From Podarcis tiliguerta (Eukaryota), in the NCBI GenBank assembly GCA_965153285.1, contig OZ229115.1: a DNA stretch of 64,000 nucleotides; one strand, given 5' to 3'. Under the pieces are notes generated by a model. The model searched no databases, was not told where the DNA came from, and saw nothing but the letters and a program-made list of their open reading frames with translations. The stretch's first letter is position 1. Each line of letters starts with the position of its first letter. The position numbers and the translations under genes are program-made. Positions 11,702-22,755 of the stretch are shown one piece after another.

Positions 11702-12118
11702 TTGTTGTTGTTGTTTAGTCATTTAGTCGTGGCCGATTCTTCATGACCCCATGGACTAGAGCACGCCAGGCACTCCTGTCTTCCACTGCCTCCCGGAGTT
11801 TGGTCAAACTCATGCTGGTAGCTTCGAGACCACTGTCCAACCATCTCGTCCTCTGTCGTCCCCTTCTCCTTGTGCCCTCCATCTTTCCCAACATCGGGGT
11901 CTTTTCCAGGGAGTCTTCTCTTCTCATGAGGTGGCCAAAGTATTGGAGCCTCAGCTTCACGATCTGTCCTTCCAGTGAGCACTCAGGGCTGATTTCCTTA
12001 AGAATGGAGAGGTTTGATCTTCTTGCAGTCCATGGGACTCTCAAGAGTCTCTTCCAACACCATAATTCAAAAGCATCGATTCTTTGGCGATCAGCCTTCT
12101 TTATGGTCCAGCTCTCAG
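11702..12118 (-). mobile_element. RTE-BovB LINE 3' end, 5'-truncated
   Basis: Open frame WTIKKADRQRIDAFELWCWKRLLRVPWTARRSNLSILKEISPECSLEG...LQYFGHLMRREDSLEK...GRQRTRWLD, followed by a (CAA)n tail. Confidence 0.92.
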
Positions 12119-12999
12119 GAAATGGTTTATTAGCCAGCAACACCTAGTGGGTTGGGTGCAGTGGTGTGGTAAGGGCAGGATTTTGTGACAGAGGTCCAAG
12201 GTTCCACTCAGCAAAATGAGGAGGGCTGGCTTATCACATTTTGAAGTCAATGAAGCAATGCATGTTACAGTCAAAGGATTGTAATAAACCCAGCGAAACC
12301 ATGGCAGTCCTGTTTTGCATTGTCTGGTGGCACCATACGGATGTAACACAGTATAAGCTTTTATGGACTGTAGTCTACTGCATTGGGTGTAACGAAGTTC
12401 TAAAACAAGTTGGCAAGTGTTTCTCAGTATTTGATTTTATTTAAAAACATTAAAAACTCTCTCTGTGTGTGCACGCGTGCTGCAAGATGTACATATATGT
12501 GGTTATAGATGAGTTGTTCTGCAACGGGGTAAGTGAGAATCTGTGACAATTAAATCTTAAATATCTGCAAAATCAGCACAGAGTATTCATAATATATCTA
12601 TTTTATTTTTGTTCCATAAAATTTATATACCACTTGACTGTAGGAAAAATCCAAGGCAGTTTACAAAAAGAAAAGAAAAGATAAATCAGAATTATCACTA
12701 TTTTTTTTAACCAACCATAATTTAAAACATACATAAAGTTCAAACCCCAATAGAATAGACTAGAAACAAATTAAAACCCGTACAAACTTGCAAAACATCT
12801 GGGTGGGCTTCACGGGTGTAGCCGGGGGGGGCAGTCCCCCCCAAGATCCACAAAGATTATTGACAAGCATTGAAAGTACTCAGTTATCTAAGGTTCTGTC
12901 CCTCCACCCCAGCAGAAGCCTGCCCCCCGCAGTGTCCTATTTACGGGGTATTTTTACACCTGATTCCCTTAAAAAAAAAAACCTGAACAACGTTGGCTG

Positions 13000-13550
13000 C
13001 CCATCCCTAACAAAAATAAGAATATCTTCCGCAGGCGCCCAAAGCAGCTGTGATTTCTGCTAACGAAACCTCAGCAGCCGGGAACGGAGAGAGCAGTTCG
13101 ACTTCGTGCCCGAAGTGTCGGCGAAAACCTGATTGTGCCGTTTCCCCGCTTGGAGCCGCTCCGCCCTCCGATCTCGCTGGCCAATCCGTAGTAGGTCGCA
13201 TTTTGACGGACACTTCGAACGCCCATTCACGGCGCGGCCCGTGCAAAGCATGTCGGGCCTTCGTGCTTCTAACCTGAGGCAGCGGGTTTTTCTAAAGCCT
13301 TTCCGAACCTCGACTTCCTTCCAGCTTTGCTGCAGCTGCCGATCCATTCTGAAAGGGCGGGAAAGGCAGCGGAAGGTCCCGCTTCTTCAGAAACCGAGAG
13401 GAGTTCGTAAGCACCGGGTGGGTTTCGTGCGGGGGTCTCGCAGGCCGCCTTGGCGAAGGAAGCCCTGCGAGGCGGGTCGCTTCCCCTTCAGTTTCGCACT
13501 GGGAAAGGGGAGGAGGAATAGCCCTCCCTCTGCATGTACTGAGGCTCGAA
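13000..13550 (+). promoter_or_regulatory. CpG island; UBE2T promoter and non-coding exon 1 (donor TTC|GTAAGC, exon end 13406)
   Basis: CpG-dense. CCAAT at 13181-13185; CDE/CHR-like TGACGG-N4-TTCGAA at 13204-13219; E2F site GGCGGGAAA at 13356-13364; donor at 13407. Confidence 0.75.
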
Positions 13551-13586
13551 TTATGGGTGTTATAATCGCTATTACCTTTATTTTGC

Positions 13587-13690
13587 TATCCTAACTGGCA
13601 CCCTCAGGACCCCAGGGCGGGTTACAACAATTAAAAGTATCCTAACTGGCACCCTCAGGACCCCAGGGCGGGTTACAACAATTAAAAGTA
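13587..13690. repeat. Tandem duplication, 2 x ~51 bp, followed by (CA)n next to the gap
   Basis: TATCCTAACTGGCACCCTCAGGACCCC...TTAAAAG occurs twice. Confidence 0.9.
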
Positions 13691-13737
13691 TATACACACA
13701 CACACACACACACACTATATATATAGTGTCAAAAGCC

Positions 13738-13879
13738 NNNNNNNNNNNNNNNNNNNNNNNNNNNNNNNNNNNNNNNNNNNNNNNNNNNNNNNNNNNNNNN
13801 NNNNNNNNNNNNNNNNNNNNNNNNNNNNNNNNNNNNNNNNNNNNNNNNNNNNNNNNNNNNNNNNNNNNNNNNNNNNNNN
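13738..13879. other. Assembly gap, 142 N
   Basis: Run of N in UBE2T intron 1. Confidence 1.
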
Positions 13880-14564
13880 GGGAGAAGAGGCAATGAAATC
13901 AAAACTGCAGCTCCCCGACTGGCTCCCATTTTAAACAAAATGCCCCCCTCTAGCCTTCCTTAAAAACAGTAGGAAGGGGCCTGGCTGCCTCCTGGAGCTG
14001 AAGGTCTACTTCCACCTACTTGAAGGGCTGCCTCGCCCCCAATGTGTACCATCTTCACTGCTTAGATCTGCAGAACTCACACTTTTACAAGTGCTGTATC
14101 ACGTTTGCCCCACGTTTACAAGTCAACAGCACCCTCACTTCAGAACTCCCTGCACATTAATATTAGGCAGGTTCCTTCCCTGTATTTTTCTCCCCCCATT
14201 GCTCGCTAAATCCTTCTTTGTTCATGAAAGCGTACCCAGGCATATAATTTTAGTAACTGTGATGTGTTTAAAAATGGCTGGTTTTATTTTATATTCTCTC
14301 TCCACCCTGCCCATTGGCTGGGGGAAGTGGGGGAGCCCCATTGTGCATATGGAAGTTCTTGCATGGGTGTCTGCTGATGGGACTCCTTAGTTGAATCCTG
14401 CTCAGTGATACCCACCAGTAGTAATGCTACTTTCCTACCAGGGTGGGAGGGAGCCTAACTTCTTTAAAAGACACCTCCACAGAAGCCAGTAAAGTCTGTA
14501 AATCTGATGCCCACCCTTTTCCACATAGCATAAGTTGATTGAAAAGGCATGCTCTCTCCAACTA

Positions 14565-14805
14565 CAGTAGTACCTTGGATTACAAACACCTCAGTTACAA
14601 ACACTCCAGGACACAGATTCCGCTAACCCGGAAGTAGTACCTTGGGTTAAGAACTTTACCTCAGGATGAGATCAGAAATTGCATGCTGGTGGCGCAGCGG
14701 CAGCGGGAGGCCCCATTAGCTAAAGTGGTACCTCAGGTTAAGAACAGTTTCAGGTTAAGAATGGACCTCCGGAATGAGTTAAGTTCGTAACCAGAGGTAC
14801 CACTG
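14565..14805 (-). mobile_element. Same MITE family, inverted copy
   Basis: TA-CAGTAGTACCT...AGGTACCACTG-TA; internal sequence is the reverse complement of the 9595 copy. Confidence 0.85.
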
Positions 14806-15177
14806 TACTCCTGAAATATTGTGCTGCCTTGCCCACTAATAGATCTCAGCCTAGTGTTTAATGATCTCTACAAGATCATATACAAGTTGCAAAAATGTTA
14901 CCTAGTATCTCAGTCCTATTTAATATTGATTGATGTAAAACATGAGTGCTTCTGACATGAAGAAATTGTTTTGATAGTGATCTCTAAGTGTGAGACTGGT
15001 TCTGGATCAGCATTTCTAGTCTAAACAGGCTACAATCCTTTTTAAAAAAACTTACACAGCTACCTGAAAATTCTGCTACTACTACACTGACATGCAATTC
15101 ATTATCAGAAAGGATTTATAGTTGCTGAAATTAGAAAAGTTAAATGATGCAAATTTCCCCTACACTATTGCAGAACA

Positions 15178-15286
15178 ATGCAAAGGGCTTCACGACTTAA
15201 GAGGGAGCTGCATTTGCTGACTACACAGCCGCCGCCAGGAATTACTTGCTGGCAGAATGGAAGCCGTATAGATGATCTTCAAGCCC
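15178..15286 (+). CDS. UBE2T: Ubiquitin-conjugating enzyme E2 T (FANCT), coding exon 1
   Basis: Acceptor TTGCAG| at 15173 and ATG at 15178. MQRASRLKRELHLLTTQPPPGITCWQ...DDLQA matches the UBE2T N-terminus. 109 coding nt, donor |GTATGT. Confidence 0.95.
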
Positions 15287-15753
15287 GTATGTATCTGTCT
15301 GGATTCGATCTTTTCTGCCCTCCATACCTCAGTAACCCAGCAACAATAAACAAAACAATATACAAATAGTTAGAGGTTAGAATCTATAACTTATATACAT
15401 AAGCATTAATTAAAAGTTCCAGAGAACTTTCAGTTTTGCCTTTTCTGTATGCATGCAAATATACTGCATACTGTATTTAGAAGCAAGTTCCATAAAAAAA
15501 GTTGGATTTGTTTCAGAGTAAACTTGTGTGGCGCCAAAAAGCATGCAGTGAAGGATGGTGGGGAGCTGCAGTCCAACCACTTCTGGAGAGCTATGGATTC
15601 CCCAGCCCTTTTCTAGATTGTTTTAATGCAATTATTTCATTTAGTTTTTTGCCAATGATTCACAGGAATTTGAGGAAATGTTGCTTAAGAAGCTGAACTT
15701 AGTTGTGATTAATAATGAAAGGGAAGGTGTTGTGTATATCAGAATTATGTATA

Positions 15754-15958
15754 CAGTCATACCTCGGGTTACAGCTGCTTCAGGTTGCGTCTTTTCGGGT
15801 TGCGGACTGCCGAAATCCAGAAGTACCGGAACGGATTACTTTCGGGTTTCGGCGGTCGTTCATGCACAGAAGCGCTAAATTGTGCTTTGCGCATGTGCAG
15901 ACGTGGATTGCGAAGGTGCATCCCGCACGGATCACGTTCGCAACCATTGCGTCCACTG
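15754..15958. mobile_element. Tc1/mariner-type MITE (related family), CpG-rich
   Basis: TA-CAGTCATACCTCGGGTTAC...CCACTG-TA. Confidence 0.65.
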
Positions 15959-16379
15959 TATAATCCATAAAAAGCAAAGATACTAGGTCATCTGCATAGC
16001 AGGAAATAGAGAAGTAGCTCCTTTTTCTAAAACAAATGTTTGGTGTAGCAAAGATTAGAAGATGCTCATAATTTTCTAATTCTTTTTGGACAGAAATTTA
16101 TTTTGTTAGCCAGTATAAAGATCCTTTCCTGGAAGAAAAAAATACATCTTCATCCAAGTCTTTTTAGAATTCTGGCACTGAACAATAAGTCTGAAAAATA
16201 AATAATTATTACATTCCTTGTAACTTTTGTTCTTTTCCTGCCTAGTTCCTTGGATGGATGTATTTTGAAGATATGAATATATTGTGGCTTATGTGATCAA
16301 ACTTTGTTTTTGCAGTGACTGAAGCAGTTACCTAAAGAGGGCAGTATTGATGTATCTTAATATGTCTTTTTCTCTTTAG

Positions 16380-16449
16380 AAATGTTGGGTTCTGCAGATA
16401 CACCATACGAGAAAGGAATTTTTAACTTGGAAATAGTTGTGCCTGAAAG
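16380..16449 (+). CDS. UBE2T: UBE2T coding exon 2 (ends at non-canonical TT donor)
   Basis: TTTAG| acceptor; (Q)MLGSADTPYEKGIFNLEIVVPE(R). 70 nt are needed for frame, which places the donor at AG|TTAAGT. Confidence 0.88.
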
Positions 16450-16825
16450 TTAAGTGGATTTTTGAAAATCTTTTGTGCTTCAATGTATTAAGCAGATATG
16501 GAATGGTAGGTTTGTTAAATACAGCTCATGAGACTGCAGTTCCTTTTACAGGATTAGGAACTAGAGAGCTGTTAAACTGCTTTAAGATCAAGCTGATTCC
16601 TCTAGATCATGCATGTCCAACAGGGAGTAGATTGCAGGCGCTTGGAAGTTGGACGTGCCTGCTCTAGATCTAGTAAGGGAGCTCAATGTTATGCCAATGG
16701 GTGCAACAGGAGTCCTCCTAACCCTCCAAACAATAGCTTTTGGTGGCATGTAGGGGACTGCAGAGGTAAGGAAGTGTAAACCCAGTTTGCTTAAATAGGA
16801 TACCACAATTGGATATCACACTTAT

Positions 16826-17147
16826 TGTTCTGCCTGAGGTCCAGCACCGAGGGCCTTCTGGTGGTTCCCTCGCTGCGAGAAGCAAAGTTACAGGGAACCA
16901 GGCAGAGGACCTTCTCGGTAGTGGCACCCGCCCTGTGGAACGCCCTCCCACCAGATGTCAAAGAGAAAAACAGCTACCAGGCTTTAAGAAGACATCTGAA
17001 GGCAGCCCTGTTTAGAGAAGCTTTAAATGTTTAATAGACTATTGTATTTTAATATTTTGTTGGAAGCCGCCCAGAGTGGCTGGGGAAACCCAGCCAGATT
17101 GGCAGGGTACAAATAATAAATTATTATTATTATTATTATTATTATTA
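16826..17147 (+). mobile_element. L2 LINE 3' fragment with (TTA)n tail
   Basis: RTFSVVAPALWNALP...RRHLKAALF is the typical L2 ORF2 C-terminus. Confidence 0.85.
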
Positions 17148-17198
17148 TGCTCGTGCATGTTCAGAAATGGATAAGAATGAGGGATTTGTGGGTGTTAA

Positions 17199-17381
<183 letters not shown>

Positions 17382-18154
17382 TGATGAGAGCAGCAGTAGG
17401 CCTCCTGGCACAGCTGTTCCTATCTGCAAGTGCAGATCCTGCTATGTGTATTGGTTGAAAGAGGCCACTTGCTTGTATTTCCCTACTGAGGAGACCTGGA
17501 CAGAAACAGTTACAGTCAGCTGGTCTAAGCTCCTTGTAAACCTCATCTTTTCTTAATTGCCTTTGGTTGTGTGTGGCACAGGTGGGATTGATGCTTTTGG
17601 GGTTTTGAGTACCACATATTTTTGCAGCATGTTGATCTGGCTATGCATATTGATAATACTGAAGTTTGTGAGTGTCACTGATTGTTGCCAAACAGGGTTT
17701 GGAGGGGGGGGGGAAATAGTTTGCTGGGGGTTATTCTAAGATTTTTCAGAAGTACATAAAGAGTTAAACAAAAGAGGGCTGCACACCCCTCCAAAATCAA
17801 CTCAATAAATATAGAGGATGAAGGGTGGTCTCCTTAAGCCACGGAATGTAGAGTGAGATTTAGAAAAGAGAATTTAGGGAAGGAATGTGAATTGGACTGC
17901 TTAAGCCCCTCACCACTATCTGGAGGAAACAGAAGCACCCCTGTTATTGGAAGAGAATACATGGCAACATTTTGTTGCATGTCACACTTGTATATATTAA
18001 TTGATATACAGGTTGCTTCTAACTTTCTGCAATGTTGCCCAGAAAATCTTGGGGGAAATTATAGCTTGGGCCTGCAAAGTAACTCCCAACAAAACACACT
18101 TCTCTTTGTATCATAATACCCCCACTCACCCAAGTAATTTTTCGTTCTGTGCAG

Positions 18155-18253
18155 GGTGCATGGAGACCGTCTTTGAATATTGCTACTTTGCTGACTTCAA
18201 TACAGATACTTATGAATGAACCCAACCCTGATGACCCCCTCATGGCTGACATA
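18155..18253 (+). CDS. UBE2T: UBE2T coding exon 4
   Basis: [33 protein letters not shown]; GCAG| acceptor and |GTAAGT donor; 99 nt. Confidence 0.96.
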
Positions 18254-18742
18254 GTAAGTTTCCTCCTTTATTTTGGTGGAATGTGTGTTGTATTTTTGGA
18301 AGCTATAACTACGCTATAACTCTGTCTGTGAAGGGATGTGAAGAAACCACAGAGTGCAATAGATGTACCTCTTGAAGTTCATTTCTTTGGGGTACAAATT
18401 TTCCAGTAATACAACTGAGAAAAGGCCATGTTGACCTAGAAGTGGGGGTGTGGGTAGGGAGAGGTGGGAGCTGCTCAAATAGAATTTGTTTTGTTGACAG
18501 TGAGGTCAACGCTTTCTACCTTGAAACATCATGCTTAAAAATGGATGGATGGGTATATATGTGTTGCATACAGGAGACAAAATATGGCGATTGCAGTCTT
18601 CCTAAATACCTAGTGTGGTTAAGTAGTCTTCCATGCGGTCTAGTAAATCTGTCATCAAACGTAACTATGGTCTTATGGTTGAGAGGCCATAATTATCCTT
18701 GTCTCTTACTTTTTCCTTTTTCTTTTTTTTAATTATGTCTAG

Positions 18743-18826
18743 TCCTCTGAGTATAAATACAACAAGCAAACATTTCTCAAAAATGCCAGACAATGGACAG
18801 AGAAGTATGCAAGCCAGACAACAATG
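18743..18826 (+). CDS. UBE2T: UBE2T coding exon 5
   Basis: SSEYKYNKQTFLKNARQWTEKYASQTTM; CTAG| acceptor and |GTAAGG donor; 84 nt. Confidence 0.95.
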
Positions 18827-19474
18827 GTAAGGAAAGTATATCACTTTTGTTAGAGAGGAATGGGGTGTAGGTTAATCTTCACATGTGCAGTCTTGCTGTG
18901 CCCAACGGAATACTTCAAATCTGCGTCACCTATAATTGCCCATCTTCCTATAATTGAGTTTGTGGGATGGAAATACTATGAATGTGCCATGAAACACAAG
19001 TGTCTGGATTAACTTCTCCCTTGTAGACTACCTTTTCTGGCAATGGGAGTTTTTGTTTTGCTTTCTTGGCCACGTTGTCATAACTCTAAAATGTCATAGA
19101 AAAATGCAGGGATTGTTCAGAGTTTATTGTATTTTATTTGTGTCTGATCTTGTAGAATTTGCCTTGGGTAAGAATATTTGGAAGTTACCCTATTGCAAAC
19201 ATTTTATATGGAATTTTATTTGGCTTGCAGTATGGTTCTAAATCTGCAGACAGCACACATCCTCCATGTATTTGTATGAGGGGAGGAATTCATCAGCAGA
19301 GACGCAGATCTTTTGGTAAAATCATTCCGGTATGCCAGGCCAAACACATTGATTCCAGGGAAATTTAGGATGTGGGATCAGCCTTGTTCACTGATCTGGG
19401 AAATAATTTCTAGAAATTCTCCCAGTTACATCTGGTCTACATATGAAGTGAAATGAGTTTCTTTTTTTTTAATA

Positions 19475-19656
19475 TAGTAAGCCCACAACTTAGGCACATT
19501 TAACTTATGCACATTCAGCTTTATGCACTTGGCGATAAATAAATAAAGGGCAGGTGTCCGACTTTGGGAATTCTGCCTGTGTTTTGACTTCAGGTGAATT
19601 TTGGCTTTAGGTGTGATCCCTGGAACACACCTCCCGCGTAAGTTGCAGGCTTACTG
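19475..19656. mobile_element. Tc1/mariner-type MITE
   Basis: TIR (C/T)AGTAAGCC..CAACTTA at both ends; TA flanks. Confidence 0.7.
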
Positions 19657-20060
19657 TAGAGGGGGATTCATATAAGTTAGTTCACCGCTGATACCTTATA
19701 TTGCTTAAACTAACTTGAAAAGCTAGTTTGACGGCAGCTGATACGGTTTTAAAGGGTGCATGAGACCACAGAGCACACCAGGAAGCTTCAGAGATTGGTC
19801 TGCCAATATCATTTTCCTACATCATGCAAGGACCATTAGGGTCCCTGCAAAAAGAATCCATTAGGATTCCATAGAGGGTAGTTAATACCCTTCCTGTGAA
19901 CTGATCACTGTAAACACTTTCAAAGATGAGTGCTTTTAACCTGAATGTCAAGCTGCTCACCTGCAGGGCTTTAAGCTATTGTGCTCCAGAGTCAGGTTAG
20001 AAGGAGATAAGCTTGTAATGAGATGAAGGTCTATCCTCATCAAACAAGTCTACCAGTGTA

Positions 20061-20274
20061 CAGAATACCTTGGAAGTCAAACAGAATCCATTCTGGAAGT
20101 CTGTCTGACTTCCAAAACATTCGGAAACCAAAGCGCAGCTTCTGATTGGCTGCAGGAAGCTCTGTTGGACGTTCCCAAAATAGTTCGCAAACCAGAACAG
20201 TTACTTCCATGTTGGCAGTGTTTGGGAGCCAAAACGTTCGAGAACTAAGCTGTTCGAAAACCAAGGTACGACTG
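20061..20274 (+). mobile_element. Tc1/mariner-type MITE, second family
   Basis: TA-CAG...CCAAGGTACGACTG-TA; related, in the opposite orientation, to 36616-36865. Confidence 0.75.
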
Positions 20275-21833
20275 TAGTTATTCTGGCCTCTTCCCAGTCA
20301 CAGAATTGGCTATAGCATTCCAGACAAGCAAACTGGGTGATCTGAGGAGTGGAGAGGAGATGGCAAAGCATGGTTAAGAGCAGGCTGAGAGATCGTCTTT
20401 TGACATTCTGCATATATGCCTGATTCCTCTCACAGTGCATTTCTGAAGTTTTTCCATATAGAACTTGATAACTTCAAAATGATGGGGATGTAGTCTTTGG
20501 CTATGATCTTAATGCTTGATAGGATATTTTCACCTCCTACTGTAACTTCTGTCTGAAAGCATTGCTGTTCCATTTCTTCAGTGAGCATGGAATACCATTC
20601 CAAAAGCCCTAGGCTACAGGTGTTACTGTTTTTGTTTGTTATCATGGTATATATTTTTGTGTTTTTATGTTGTAAACTGCCCTGTTATCCTTGGATGAAG
20701 GGCAGAATAGAAATTTAATAAGTAATAATAATTTCCTCCACTTGCAGTCTGAAGTGGTACAGTCCATTCTGCCACCTCCATCACTTTGACCCTAGAATAG
20801 AATAGAATTTTAATTTTACGGCCATTGGCCCATATCGAATACAATACATCAAAATTTATCCATAAACAATACCCTATTCAGTCTTTACTTGCATGTAGGG
20901 GCACTGCCATTACAAAAGGGGCTGTGCCTTTAGACTGCCCCCATTGTTGCATGGTTGTTTCTATATTCCAAGTATTTAGGGCAAACATCTGTAGTGGGAG
21001 ACAGCTGTTCTCTTGTAGGCTTCCTGGACTTTTAATTGTTCAAGCATTTTACTGGCTCCCTATTCAATCTGGTTTAGAACCCTGATTTCTTTGCCTTTCT
21101 TCTGTAACTTTTCACTTCTCTGTTCAAAAAGTGGATCCCTAACTTTCTGTTCGTTGTAGTAGCTCATTATTAACATAGAATGGACAAATCCAAAGAGTGG
21201 TGGGCACATGATACTTGGGTCTTAATTATATTTAGGAGCTAAGGAGTCAGGGCAACTCCCAAGCAAAACATGTTTGGGAGTGCAAATGCCACCATTCAGG
21301 GGAGCAAGGATTTAATGCATACTATAAAGGGCTGTATTCTACTGTGACTGAAAGCTGGGGAGTGAATAGAATAGCAGGAAATAAACTTTGAGGAAGCACT
21401 TACTACTGAAGTCATCCATGCTAGGGCACCCAACCCAGCACCAGCAACGAGTTCAAGCAGAAAGTAGGTGTAGCAATCAGGTCTGTATAAATTATCCTGT
21501 GTCATCTTCAACAGTTTTGTGTGCCCCAATAAAGCACAGAGTGGTCTTCAGTAATTCACAACTATGCATTCTACTTTTATTGAAATTTCCAGGTAAATTG
21601 GGATGAAATTACACAGCTGAAACACTTGGGGGCATCTGAACCTTAAATAATACAGCTTCTTTCCTAGTTACACTCTCTTGTTTCTTAACTAATGTGAAGA
21701 AGCTGATTCTTCTTAGGCTGTCATCAGAATTTCAGCTTTGGATAAATTTGGCCTGCTTGTAGAAAGAACTGATTTCTGTTTGGAGGTAGCATCTCCATGT
21801 TGCCCAGAATTTGCTTGTAAAAACTGGTATATC

Positions 21834-21904
21834 CAGTGCTTTTCTTCTAGGCAAAAATATGCCAGTACTGCATACCCTTGAGTGCCCCCAGAAAAAAAGT
21901 ACTG
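21834..21904. mobile_element. Miniature hAT MITE, 71 bp
   Basis: TIR CAGT(G/A)CTTTT; perfect 8-bp TSD GGTATATC. Confidence 0.8.
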
Positions 21905-22331
21905 GGTATATCTGTGCTATGGAAGTGATCTATGAACAGCCTGTACAAATCTTGCAGAGCCATGCATATTGTATTGCACAAATTTCTGAAAAAGTTCTTC
22001 TAATTCCCAGAACACGTAAGAATAGTCCAGTGATGGAGGAAAAGGCACATTTTCTCTTCTGTAGCACCTCAAGTTTGGCTGTCAGGCCACTAAATGTGGT
22101 GAGCTGTATAATGAGGATCTATGGAAATTCTGGGTGGGGTGGTAAGAGGGTGAGGAATTAGCTGATTTGTGTCTTTAAAGAACAAAATGTGCCCCATGAC
22201 TTTTGAAGTCTTAACTTGGGGAGTCTGCATACTTGCAAGATGTGAATGAAAGCATTGGTCCTTTGAGCAAAGTGTGAACACAGAAACCAATATTTTTCTC
22301 TCTCACTTGGTTTTCTCTGATGTTATTCCAG

Positions 22332-22460
22332 ACTTTGGAAACCACCGATGAAGAGAACCACCAAAGTGCAGCCAACCCACCCAAAGATTCTCACATTTCC
22401 CAGAAAAGGAAAGGAAGCCGTATCAGTGGATTGTCCAAAAGACCTTGCTCAGAAACATAG
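22332..22460 (+). CDS. UBE2T: UBE2T last coding exon (basic C-terminal tail, TAG stop)
   Basis: TTCCAG| acceptor; TLETTDEENHQSAANPPKDSHISQKRKGSRISGLSKRPCSET*, with a QKRK basic motif as in the UBE2T tail. Total CDS 597 nt = 198 aa. Confidence 0.85.
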   Translation, partial: TLETTDEENHQSAANPPKDSHISQKRKGSRISGLSKRPCSET

Positions 22461-22749
22461 AAGCTTTGCTGTCATGCAATATCCCGGTCTCTAGCTCTGT
22501 GTGTGTTTCAGTGTTCCTTTCCATCTCTTAAGTAGACTTGTTGCAATTAATGTACTATTTACTCGTTATATGCAGTGCCTCTAAGGCTGTGTCAGTGATG
22601 CAATATAGCACTTGTCTGTTTTTTAAAACATCTTATTTTACTTCTGCAGATTTCTTAAGTTCTTTACAGCAATTTTGTCTTTCACTGTCTAATTTGTGTA
22701 TTTTGCTGTATTTTGTGCATGTTTTGAATGAAGGCACCAATGAGAGAAT

Positions 22750-22755
22750 AATAAA
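22750..22755 (+). terminator. Candidate UBE2T polyadenylation signal AATAAA
   Basis: First AATAAA seen downstream of the stop, about 290 nt away, after a U-rich 3' UTR. Confidence 0.55.

Noticed and set aside
13587-13690. 51-bp duplication as a biological repeat
   Set aside because: It abuts a (CA)n run and an N gap, so it is likely a contig-end artefact.
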